Assembly (NCBI GenBank): GCA_019058295.1
Contig: JAHPZI010000018.1
Span: 73,578 to 95,647 of the forward strand
Source: Promethearchaeota archaeon
Lineage (GTDB): Archaea > Asgardarchaeota > Lokiarchaeia > Sigyniarchaeales > SOKP01
Direction of reading: 5' to 3'
DNA: 22,070 nucleotides
A model generated the notes under the pieces. The model saw nothing but the letters and a program-made list of their open reading frames with translations, was not told the origin of the DNA and searched no databases. Positions 1-8,649 of the stretch are shown here, one piece after another (positions within the stretch are counted from its first letter, which is position 1; the number at the start of each line of letters is the position of its first letter). The translations under genes were made by a program, and so were the position numbers.

Positions 1-423
1 TGGTTTAGGAGTAGGTTCTGATGAGATTACTCTAACATCCGCTTCCATCGTAGAAAAACTAATAACGAAATTATCTAATTCCTTCACTTTCTTAGCTAAA
101 ACTGTTTGAAGCTCTCCATTAATCTTGTCAGTATTGGGTTCTCTTCCAATTTTTCGTTGGTCTATTTCTAATATCTCCTTAATATCGCGCCCAATAATGC
201 TTTTTCCAATGGTATATCCATGCCCTTTAAGTGATTCAGCTTGTCTTAAAGCTGTTCTCCGTGCTACTAATCCTTGTTTACTCCCATGCCATAACCAAAT
301 TCTCTGATTAGATTCATCAAGGACTATAATTGATCTATCATCTGTAAGGTTCTCTGGTTTCCATGGAATAGGATCAGACACACCTCCTTCTTTTACATGA
401 AACATTAGGCCAAATCCAGCCAT
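1..423 (-). CDS. Gelsolin-like domain protein (Asgard single-domain gelsolin type), 3' end runs off the window
   Basis: Not in the ORF track. Manual translation from ATG at 423 is open to base 1: MAGFGLMFHVKEGGVSDPIPWKPENLTDDRSIIVLDESNQRIWLWHGSKQGLVARRTALRQAESLKGHG... It shows the gelsolin pattern L-x-x-D-x-x-hhhhD-x4-IWLWxG-x6-R-x2-A-x3-A. A GAGGAG SD-like motif lies upstream. Confidence 0.72.
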   Translation of the reverse strand, partial: MAGFGLMFHVKEGGVSDPIPWKPENLTDDRSIIVLDESNQRIWLWHGSKQGLVARRTALRQAESLKGHGYTIGKSIIGRDIKEILEIDQRKIGREPNTDKINGELQTVLAKKVKELDNFVISFSTMEADVRVISSEPTPKP

Positions 424-678
424 TTTGTGCTTCTCCTCTTTTTGCTCAAATTCTTTTAGTTTTTAGATATATCTTATATTGTAAAATATTTTTGATCAAT
501 TTAAAAATTAAGTTTTTACCAAATTTTAACAAAAATATTAAAATATTATTATGAAACTTAAATATTACAATAATCCTAATTATATTATTACTGTAAATCA
601 AAAATTTCATAATCTTTGCATAATTAAATTATTTAGTTATAACGTTAAATGCGATTGATTGATAAGATGTGATATTAA

Positions 679-1662
679 ATGAATGATAATATTTTGAAGC
701 TCACAATTCCTAAAGGTAGTTTACAGGAAGTAGTCACTTCTTTCTTTGAGAGAGCTGGACTTAAATTAAACTTTGCCTCAAGTCGAGATTATCGTCCTTC
801 TATCGGTGATCCAGAGGTTTATATAAAATTATTGAGACCACAAGAAATTCCTAATTATTTAATAGGGGAAGATGAGTTTGATTTAGGGATTTCAGGTATA
901 GATTGGGTAAAAGAGACAAATGCGGATGTTGAGGTTATTTTAAATCTTGAAATTGGTATGGTAAGAATTGTTTTTTGCGTTCCTACTATCTGGGATAATA
1001 TTAATTCACTTGACGATGTTCTTAAAAAATTTAATGACGATAATAAGGTTTTAAGAATTTCAACTGAGTATTTGACATTATCATTGGATTATATAAAAAA
1101 AAATAAAACGTATATCAAATTATACGGTAATAAAGCTCCATTAGTCATTACACCATGGAAAACCTGGGGCGAAAATGAGAAAGTTAAAATATTCTTATCG
1201 TTTGGAGCAACTGAAGCAAAGCCCCCTGAGGAGGTAGACGCTATAATAGATAATACCGAAACGGGATCAACGTTGAGGGCAAATAATTTAAAAATTGTTG
1301 AAGTTTTAGACACTTCCACAGCAGTTTTAATCGCTAATAAATATGCCTTAAAGGATGAATGGAAGAAAGAAAAGATAAAGGATTTAAAGGTTTTGCTAAT
1401 GGGTGTAATGGAAGCTTCTAAGAAACTTCATATTTTCGTAAATGTTCATGAAAAGAATCTTAATCAATTATTGGCAAGTTTGCCGGCTTTAAAACGCCCT
1501 ACAATCTCAAAATTAGCTGGAGAGAATTCTGAAGGTTGGTATGCTATAAATACAATCATTAAAAAAGAGGAATTTTTAAGTTTGGTTCCAATATTAAGGA
1601 AACTAACGCAAGGTCTCGTAGTACACGAACCTCGGCAAATACTTCCATTTGAGAAAATTTAA
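679..1662 (+). CDS. hisG: ATP phosphoribosyltransferase, long form with C-terminal regulatory domain
   Basis: IPKGSL, LRPQEIP, DLGISGIDW, GATE, DAIIDNTETGSTLRANNL motifs; C-terminal LPALKRPTIS domain; adjacent to hisD and hisC. Confidence 0.96.
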   Translation: MNDNILKLTIPKGSLQEVVTSFFERAGLKLNFASSRDYRPSIGDPEVYIKLLRPQEIPNYLIGEDEFDLGISGIDWVKETNADVEVILNLEIGMVRIVFCVPTIWDNINSLDDVLKKFNDDNKVLRISTEYLTLSLDYIKKNKTYIKLYGNKAPLVITPWKTWGENEKVKIFLSFGATEAKPPEEVDAIIDNTETGSTLRANNLKIVEVLDTSTAVLIANKYALKDEWKKEKIKDLKVLLMGVMEASKKLHIFVNVHEKNLNQLLASLPALKRPTISKLAGENSEGWYAINTIIKKEEFLSLVPILRKLTQGLVVHEPRQILPFEKI

Positions 1663-1671
1663 GAAATTTGG

Positions 1672-2979
1672 ATGGTTTATATGGTTTCTTTAAAAGTTAT
1701 TAACTCAGATCAAATAACTGAGGATAATATCTCCTCTTATATTCCAAGAGCGGACATTCTATTAGATGAGATAAAAGATGAAGTTCTAAAGATTATTGAC
1801 GATTTAGTTAAAGGCGGAGACGATGATGTGGTTAAAAAAAATCAGCCTTGGGTAGATGGTGTTTTCAAAAAACAAGATATTGAAGCTTCTAAAGATGAAA
1901 TCAATAAAGCCTATAAAAAAGTCGATAAAGAATTATTAAATGCAATTAAATATGCAAAGAAAAATCTAATTAAATTCCATAAAGCTCAATTAAGAAAGGA
2001 ATGGTCAAAAGAGATTGAAAAGGGTGTTAAAGCAGGTCAAATTTTTCGACCAATTGAGTCAGTAGGAATATATATTCCTGGTGGACAGGCAATATATGTG
2101 AGTACGGTATTAATGGCTGCAACTCCTGCTCATATAGCAGGCGTAAAAGAGATTATTATATGCACACCACCACAAGTAGGTAGAAGATTCGCACCTGAGA
2201 TTCTTGTAGCAGCGAATGAATTTGGAATTGAAAAAATATATAATGTTGGCGGTGCAACGGCCATTGCAGCTATGGCATTTGGAACAGAAACAATACCTAA
2301 GGTTCAAAAAATCGTGGGACCTGGTAATAGATATGTAAATGCAGCAAAACAGTTATTATCTAATGTTGTGGCGATCGATAATCCAGCAGGTCCCTCAGAA
2401 GTTTTAATAATTGCTGACAAAGCTGCTAATTTCAGATACGTTATATTGGATCTTATTTCTCAAGTTGAACACGCACCTGATAATGTAGGAATATTGATTT
2501 CAGATTCACAAGAATTAATTGAAAAAGTGAATAATAATATAGATTCGGTTGTAAAAAATTCTAAAAGAGAGAAAATTATTGAATATGCTTTAAAAAAGCA
2601 TTCAATAATTATTAAAGCTGAGGATATTGAAGATTGTATAAGGATCTCGAATTTAATAGCTCCAGAACATTTAGAAATATTAATTGAAAATCCTCAAGGT
2701 GTATTAGAAAAAATAAATAATGCAGGAGCAATATTTTTGGGACCATACTCTCCTGTTCCGTTAGGAGATTATAATGCTGGGACAAATCACATTTTACCTA
2801 CTGGAGGGAACGCCAAAACATATTCTGGATTAAATATATATGACTTTTTAAAGATTATGGACGTTTTAGAATGTGATAAAGAGGGATTAAGATTATTAAG
2901 TAGCTCTGCCTCAACTATAGCTGAATTTGAAGGCTTATTTGCCCATAAAAAATCTATTGAAGAAAGATTAAAAGAATAA
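1672..2979 (+). CDS. hisD: Histidinol dehydrogenase
   Basis: GIYIPGG, GPGNRYVNAAK, PAGPSE, SQVEH, APEHLE, GDYNAGTNHILPT, EGLFAH motifs. The start could instead be the ATG at 1681. Confidence 0.96.
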   Translation: MVYMVSLKVINSDQITEDNISSYIPRADILLDEIKDEVLKIIDDLVKGGDDDVVKKNQPWVDGVFKKQDIEASKDEINKAYKKVDKELLNAIKYAKKNLIKFHKAQLRKEWSKEIEKGVKAGQIFRPIESVGIYIPGGQAIYVSTVLMAATPAHIAGVKEIIICTPPQVGRRFAPEILVAANEFGIEKIYNVGGATAIAAMAFGTETIPKVQKIVGPGNRYVNAAKQLLSNVVAIDNPAGPSEVLIIADKAANFRYVILDLISQVEHAPDNVGILISDSQELIEKVNNNIDSVVKNSKREKIIEYALKKHSIIIKAEDIEDCIRISNLIAPEHLEILIENPQGVLEKINNAGAIFLGPYSPVPLGDYNAGTNHILPTGGNAKTYSGLNIYDFLKIMDVLECDKEGLRLLSSSASTIAEFEGLFAHKKSIEERLKE

Positions 2980-3065
2980 AATTAATTTATATTAAGTATA
3001 TAATTAATAATAACTTTATATAGAAATTTAGTTATTTTAATCCATTTTAAAATTAGGTAATATGT

Positions 3066-4154
3066 ATGGATCTTAGTGACGTTTTAAGAGAGGTACTTAA
3101 GAAATTCTCTCCTTATGAACCTGGAGAGCAACCAATTGGAGATGGCTGGATCAAGTTAAATACTAATGAGAATGCCTACCCTCCAATTCCAGAAGTAATA
3201 GAAGAAATAAAAAATGCTATTAATGATAAACTTAGATTATATCCTGATCCTTTGGCGCTCGAAGTCCGTAAAGCAGTGCTGAATCAACTATTAAGAGATG
3301 AAGACACTCTAACCAATAGAAATAATGTTTTTATTGGAAATGGTGCGGACGAAATTTTAGACGTAATTTTTAAAGTTTTTGTTGATCCTGGTGATGAGGT
3401 TGTATTTTTTTACCCCTCTTACGGAATGTATAAGGTGCTTGCGACTCTTTATAATGCAAAGATCAATGAAATTAACTTAAATGATGATTTTTCTATACCT
3501 GATACTGCTTTTTCAGCAAAGGGTAAATTAATGTTTATTAACTCCCCTAATAATCCAAATGGAAAATCAGTTGGGAATGCAACAATTTTAAAAATATGCA
3601 GTAGTTTTCCTGGAATTGTCGTTGTTGATGAAGCATATGCTGATTTCTCAGAACAAACTAGTTTATCTCTACTAAAAAAAGTAAAAAATTTAATCGTGGT
3701 ACGAACCTTGTCTAAAGGTTTCTCTTTAGCCTCATTACGGGCTGGATTTGCTTTAGCAGACGCCAGTATAATTAAAGAAATGAACAATGTGAAATTACCG
3801 TTCAATACAACTTATATAACTCAAATTGCCGCTTTGGCTTGTATAAAAAATAGAGTAAAAATTTTCGAACAAAACAAAAAAATTATCGAAGAGAGAAACA
3901 GATTAACGCAAGAATTAAATTCTTTTGAGGGAGTTTCCGTGTTACCCTCAGATGCTAATTTTATTCTTGTCAAATTTAATGACAAGTCCCAAGCATTGAA
4001 GTTTTTATGGGATTTTAAAGATAAGCATAAAATTTTAATAAGACACTTCAGTAAACCAAGACTTTATCCATATATAAGAATCACTATAGGAACAGAAGAA
4101 CAGAACAATAAACTATTAGAAGTTTTTAAATTACTTGCTGTCAAATATCTCTAA
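3066..4154 (+). CDS. hisC: Histidinol-phosphate aminotransferase
   Basis: KLNTNEN, YPDP, GNGADE, SPNNPNG, DEAY, RTLSK (PLP lysine) motifs; follows hisGD. Confidence 0.94.
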   Translation: MDLSDVLREVLKKFSPYEPGEQPIGDGWIKLNTNENAYPPIPEVIEEIKNAINDKLRLYPDPLALEVRKAVLNQLLRDEDTLTNRNNVFIGNGADEILDVIFKVFVDPGDEVVFFYPSYGMYKVLATLYNAKINEINLNDDFSIPDTAFSAKGKLMFINSPNNPNGKSVGNATILKICSSFPGIVVVDEAYADFSEQTSLSLLKKVKNLIVVRTLSKGFSLASLRAGFALADASIIKEMNNVKLPFNTTYITQIAALACIKNRVKIFEQNKKIIEERNRLTQELNSFEGVSVLPSDANFILVKFNDKSQALKFLWDFKDKHKILIRHFSKPRLYPYIRITIGTEEQNNKLLEVFKLLAVKYL

Positions 4155-4379
4155 AAATTATATCGATAAAATATAGAGATAAAACTTTCCTATATAATTA
4201 AATAAAAGAAATAATTAAAAAAAAAAGTGTTTTAAAGTATAATTTCGTCAATATTTTTTTTTATTATTATTTTTCCCCGTCGATCCTGAAAATTTATTTT
4301 TATAATTTTTTTTCATTTAGATATTCATATATTTGTTCTAAAATATAAGATAGAAATAAATAATAGAAATTTTATATGT

Positions 4380-6872
4380 TCAATTTATTTTGCTGCATTT
4401 TTTGATTAGAATTACGGATACAATGGCAAAAATGCTGACTAAAATTAGTATATCATAACTTAAAATTATAGGCTCTCCATCGCCATCATCATCGTCATCA
4501 TCATCATCATCATCATCACCAATATTTCCTGAATCGATTTGGACTAATACATCTAGGCAATTTGAGGTTTTATTACCACATTTATTAAATGCTACTACTA
4601 TATAATAATATCTACCATTTGTTAATCCAATGATATTATAGGTTCGATTTGTATTGCCTTCCACAATTAGATTTGCTATAGTTGGATCATTGATAAATGA
4701 AGTATCCCAATATAGAGAATAATTATTCGTATATTTCGAAACGTCCCAATTTAAATTAAAATTGCCATCATTGTCAGGACTCCCTGCAGTAGAATACAGC
4801 ATAAAAAATCCAGGGGGATATAATGTAACATTTATTTCTAAACAATTTGAGCTCATATTTCCGTATTCATTGAATGCGACTACGATATAATAATAAGTAC
4901 CATTTGTTAGACTAGTGATATTATAGGTTCGATTTGTGTTTCCTGCCACAATAAGAATTGCTGTAGTTGGATCATTGATAAATGAAGTATCCCTATATAG
5001 AGAATAATTATCCGCGTATTTCGAAATATTCCAATTTAATTGAAATGAACCATCTAAATCTTCTGGTACGTTAGCAGTTGAAGTTAAATTAATATCACCA
5101 GGGGGAAGAATAGCTTGAACACTTTTACAGTTAGAAATCGCACTTTCCCCTAAAGCACCTTTCGCAACAACAACATAGTAAAAAGTTCCTGCGCTTGTAA
5201 GAGTGTCAGTATATTCATTTTGAGTGATTGTAGCAACTGGAGTTAAACCTCCCAACGTAGATATAAAAGATGTATTCCTATATACATAATATTCAATAGC
5301 ACAATCTTCTTTAGACCAATTCAAGTTTATATCACCATCATAATCAATAGAGGGTGAAATAGCATTTAACACAGGAGCTTTGGGGATTTTTGCATACTGA
5401 GCACGAATGTTAGTATTTGTAAGCCCATCTCTTTCATCATGCCAAACAACGAAAGCAGTACCAGGTATACTCGGATTTCCTTCACACATTTCAAAAGAAA
5501 AGATTCCATTTAAAATATTTCTTGTTATTAAAGATACTCCATTTACTTTAAGTTGAGCATCTCCAGTAGAATTAATAATTTGTACACGTGGAAGGTTAAA
5601 ATCATTATCAATCCAGCCGATAATTCCTCCCCCGTTTCCATCACTAACAATACGAACTTTATCAACATCTTCAAATTTTGTGCTTATTGCTATTCCATTA
5701 GCATCCCATTGTCCATCTCCCGAAGAATTAATACGTTGAATATACAAATCTATATTCGAGCTTGCCTCATCTCTACTATCCTCCCATGCTAGGATTGCGC
5801 CGTTTGCCCCATCGGTAATAATATCAATATATTCCTGTTTATCAGGGGCATTACAAATCACAGTACCATTTTTATCCCAATAAATATCACCTGTTTTATT
5901 AATCCTTTGAGCATAAATATCCCTATTAAGGAATATTCTCGTATCTTCCCATGCTATTATTGCTCCGCCTATAGCATCTGAAATTATTTTAGGATTATAT
6001 TGTCCATAATCAGTATTACATATTGCCGTTCCATTATCATCCCATATACAATCACCTGTTTTATTAATCCTTTGAGCATATATATCCTCATATGATCCTC
6101 TCTCATCTTCCCATGCTATAATAGCCCCTCCATCTCCATCGCTACATAAATCAAAATAATCTTGGTCCTCCACGTATGTGCAAATTTTTGTACCATTATT
6201 ATCCCAATAAAGATCTCCTGACGCATTAATTCTTTGAGCATATATATCCCTATCGGATCCTCTCAGATCATTCCATGCTATTATAGCCCCTCCATAACCA
6301 TCCGGGCAAATTTGAGGATAGAATTGATCTCCAGTAGCAGAAGAAATCAAAACACCATCAGCAGTCCATTGTAAATCTCCTGATGCATTAATTCTTTGAG
6401 CATATATATCCCAATCCGATCCTCCCCAACCCCACCAAGTAATAATTGCTCCTCCCACTCCATCAGATATCAATTTTGGATCATATTGACCAATCAAAAA
6501 ATCACTTTTAATTGGAATTCCATCATTAATCCAATATCTTTCACCAGATGAATTAATACGCTGCGCGTAAATATCACCATCCGGCCCTAATCTATAATCT
6601 TCCCAAACAATTATAGCTCCACCGATTCCATCGCTAATGATTTCTGGATATTCATTATCATAACTTGTAGTACAAATATCCAATCCATCAGCCAGCCAAT
6701 TACTTGATGTTGGAGGAGTTTTAATAATATTATCATATTTATTTTCATTATCAATAGATTTTTCTTCTACAATAGAATCTGATTCTTGATTCATATTGAT
6801 TAATGAATTGAAAAGAACTATCTGAAAGAAAATGATAACAATAAGAATTTTTAGTTTTAATTTTTTTGTCAT
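4380..6872 (-). CDS. Secreted, C-terminally anchored surface glycoprotein: about 8 propeller-like repeats, 3 FN3-like domains, poly-Asp linker, Loki-CTERM-like tail
   Basis: N-terminal basic + hydrophobic signal segment; repeats of DGxGGAIIAWxDxR...DIYAQRINxxG; FN3-like LNW...Y.LYR...GxYYYIVVAFN units; D11 tract, then ILSYD + hydrophobic helix + KK; many NxS/T sequons. Confidence 0.85.
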   Translation of the reverse strand: MTKKLKLKILIVIIFFQIVLFNSLINMNQESDSIVEEKSIDNENKYDNIIKTPPTSSNWLADGLDICTTSYDNEYPEIISDGIGGAIIVWEDYRLGPDGDIYAQRINSSGERYWINDGIPIKSDFLIGQYDPKLISDGVGGAIITWWGWGGSDWDIYAQRINASGDLQWTADGVLISSATGDQFYPQICPDGYGGAIIAWNDLRGSDRDIYAQRINASGDLYWDNNGTKICTYVEDQDYFDLCSDGDGGAIIAWEDERGSYEDIYAQRINKTGDCIWDDNGTAICNTDYGQYNPKIISDAIGGAIIAWEDTRIFLNRDIYAQRINKTGDIYWDKNGTVICNAPDKQEYIDIITDGANGAILAWEDSRDEASSNIDLYIQRINSSGDGQWDANGIAISTKFEDVDKVRIVSDGNGGGIIGWIDNDFNLPRVQIINSTGDAQLKVNGVSLITRNILNGIFSFEMCEGNPSIPGTAFVVWHDERDGLTNTNIRAQYAKIPKAPVLNAISPSIDYDGDINLNWSKEDCAIEYYVYRNTSFISTLGGLTPVATITQNEYTDTLTSAGTFYYVVVAKGALGESAISNCKSVQAILPPGDINLTSTANVPEDLDGSFQLNWNISKYADNYSLYRDTSFINDPTTAILIVAGNTNRTYNITSLTNGTYYYIVVAFNEYGNMSSNCLEINVTLYPPGFFMLYSTAGSPDNDGNFNLNWDVSKYTNNYSLYWDTSFINDPTIANLIVEGNTNRTYNIIGLTNGRYYYIVVAFNKCGNKTSNCLDVLVQIDSGNIGDDDDDDDDDDDGDGEPIILSYDILILVSIFAIVSVILIKKCSKIN
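4485..4517 (-). repeat. GAY trinucleotide tract encoding 11 consecutive Asp
   Basis: (ATC/GTC)x11 on the + strand, in frame just before the C-terminal anchor. Confidence 0.95.
4545..5105 (-). repeat. Intragenic 285-bp duplication (two FN3-like domains)
   Basis: GTTGGATCATTGATAAATGAAGTATCCC occurs at 4681 and 4966 (offset 285 bp = 95 aa) with similar flanks. Outer boundaries are approximate. Confidence 0.85.
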
Positions 6873-6958
6873 GATCGAAATAAAAAACTATCTGATATAA
6901 AAAACCATCTGGATAAAAATTTAAGTACCTGATGTAAAATATTAATACTTATCTATTT

Positions 6959-6978
6959 AAATCATACGGGTATGATTT
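6959..6978. promoter_or_regulatory. Perfect inverted repeat in a divergent intergenic region, candidate operator
   Basis: AAATCATAC-GG-GTATGATTT: 9-bp arms with a 2-nt spacer. Confidence 0.45.
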
Positions 6979-7140
6979 TTTATTTAGATCATGCAATTAA
7001 GTTCAATTTACTTCTAGAACGGCAATATATTGAATATTTTAAGTTATATAGGGAAGAGGTTATATATGGAAAAAATATTTTATCTATGGAACATATAGAA
7101 ATTTAAAATTAAAATAAAGAAAATAAAAAAAAGTTGGTAA

Positions 7141-8337
7141 ATTATATCTTTTCTCCAAAAGGATGATTTATCTCCTATAAATTGTATAAATTGTGGATAT
7201 AAAATAGTCAAACCTTATCCAAAAGATAAAATATGCCCTAATTGTAGTAAGAATTTTCTTATTGAGGAAAAAAAAAAGAAGAAAAAAAAGAAAAAAGGAA
7301 AAGTAGGAGAAAAAATACAAGAGCAACCTCAAGCAAAACAATTTGAAACAATAGAGAAAACAGCATCATCAAAATTTCAGGGCAAAGTAAAAGTAAAGAA
7401 AAAAGAACAAGATTTGTCTTTAGAAAGCGATAAAATCGAATTGCTAAAAGGAGAGTATATTAAATTACTCGGTATTGTATCAATCGAAAGAACCCCTCTG
7501 TTTTGTAGTAATGAAAAATATAAATTCTTACTCGAGCTTACGAACAACTTAGATTTTATTGCTACGAGTATTTTAGGGGGAGTTCTAGATAAAATGCTCC
7601 TTATCACTGAGAATAATGAAGAAGAAAAGTGCCAGTTTTTTGTAAAAAAAGATATAATTTATATAGTATATGGTTCCTTTCCAGAAAAGAAAGGTGGATG
7701 GATTCTCGAACAGATGGCAAAACATTATAATGAATTAGTAATGGGCAAAAACGTAAATGAATTAGAAAAATTAGAAAAATATCAAATTGAAACAAAATTT
7801 AAAGGAATTACGAAGTTTATTTTAAATGAATATCGAGAAATGCAAGAAGTTTTTTCTGATCAAGAAATTCCGTATGTAGAAGATAAAATTAGAATCGATT
7901 ATCTTGGCTTATCCTCTAAATCGATTGGAGTTATATCACTTTTATTAGGGGAAGAAGACTTAAATGTCGAAACTCCAGGCGCTGGCGCATTCGAAGATCC
8001 AGCCGAAGAGATAGAGATGAAAGAATCTGTATTAACCGCCAAAATAGAAGCAATTGCAGCAAACACCATTGGAAATACAAATGCGATGCCTAAGTGGATT
8101 GCTGTTAAATTAGGATTTCAAAATTATAGATTCTTAACCTTTAAAAAATTCGAAAACGATTACTTCTTGTATTTCCTTAGCGAAGGAAATTTAGGAAAAG
8201 TTGAAAAAGTTGAAGATCAATTAACACCTTCTTTAAGTCAGGTAACGGATAAATCCTTTTCTGGAAATTTAAGACCGTTTAATACATTAAAATTAGAATT
8301 GAAAGATTTTTTTGATAAAACTAGAGAATTTAATTAA
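7141..8337 (+). CDS. Zinc-ribbon + Lys-rich linker + tandem longin/roadblock-like domain protein (start uncertain; track calls 7414)
   Basis: The frame is open from 7141 (after TAA 7138-7140) into the 7414 ORF and encodes CINC-x12-CPNC and K9. Downstream are two beta-beta-alpha-beta-beta-beta-alpha-like patterns resembling longin domains; the fold is inferred. Confidence 0.6.
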   Translation: MISFLQKDDLSPINCINCGYKIVKPYPKDKICPNCSKNFLIEEKKKKKKKKKGKVGEKIQEQPQAKQFETIEKTASSKFQGKVKVKKKEQDLSLESDKIELLKGEYIKLLGIVSIERTPLFCSNEKYKFLLELTNNLDFIATSILGGVLDKMLLITENNEEEKCQFFVKKDIIYIVYGSFPEKKGGWILEQMAKHYNELVMGKNVNELEKLEKYQIETKFKGITKFILNEYREMQEVFSDQEIPYVEDKIRIDYLGLSSKSIGVISLLLGEEDLNVETPGAGAFEDPAEEIEMKESVLTAKIEAIAANTIGNTNAMPKWIAVKLGFQNYRFLTFKKFENDYFLYFLSEGNLGKVEKVEDQLTPSLSQVTDKSFSGNLRPFNTLKLELKDFFDKTREFN

Positions 8338-8367
8338 CCTAATTTTTAATAAATTTTAAAGTAATCA

Positions 8368-8649
8368 TTATTTTTTCTTAAATTGTGATTTTATCTTGTC
8401 TTTATACTCTTTGCCCTTCTTTTTAGCAGTTGAAAATAAGGAATGAAGTTTTTTTGTTTTTTCTTGCTGTATTTTTTGAGATATTTGCTGCTCACCAAAA
8501 TCCTTCTTATGATTCTCAGTCCCACATTGTTCGCAAAATATCGATTCTTCTTCTTCTTTTATTAAATTATCAATTAGGTCTTTTGGAAATTGCCAACCAC
8601 ATTCCTTGCAAAGAAATTGAATATCATCATTAACATGCATTGTTTTCAA
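8368..8649 (-). CDS. Small zinc-ribbon protein with basic C-terminal helix
   Basis: CKEC...CEQC pair and Lys-rich tail. The start may be the ATG at 8640. Confidence 0.75.
   Translation of the reverse strand: MKTMHVNDDIQFLCKECGWQFPKDLIDNLIKEEEESIFCEQCGTENHKKDFGEQQISQKIQQEKTKKLHSLFSTAKKKGKEYKDKIKSQFKKK

Noticed and set aside
125-307. 60-aa + strand ORF
   Set aside because: Antisense shadow of the gelsolin-like gene.
1089-3805. Minus-strand ORFs 1089-1319, 2110-2307, 3449-3805
   Set aside because: Antisense to well-supported his genes, with no motifs.
4271-4292. GC-richer TTTTCCCCGTCGATCCTGAAAA element downstream of a TGA-ending gene, as a possible SECIS or hairpin
   Set aside because: The stem is weak, there is no SECIS core, and the TGA follows a natural C-terminal anchor.
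6871-6932. Possible C/D box sRNA (ATGATCG...CTGA...CTGA)
   Set aside because: Box C is imperfect, the putative guides are A-rich, and it overlaps the start of the opposite-strand gene.
7066-7140. Pyrrolysine or stop readthrough from ATG 7066 into the downstream ORF
   Set aside because: It would need readthrough of both TAG and TAA, and the intervening peptide is low-complexity.
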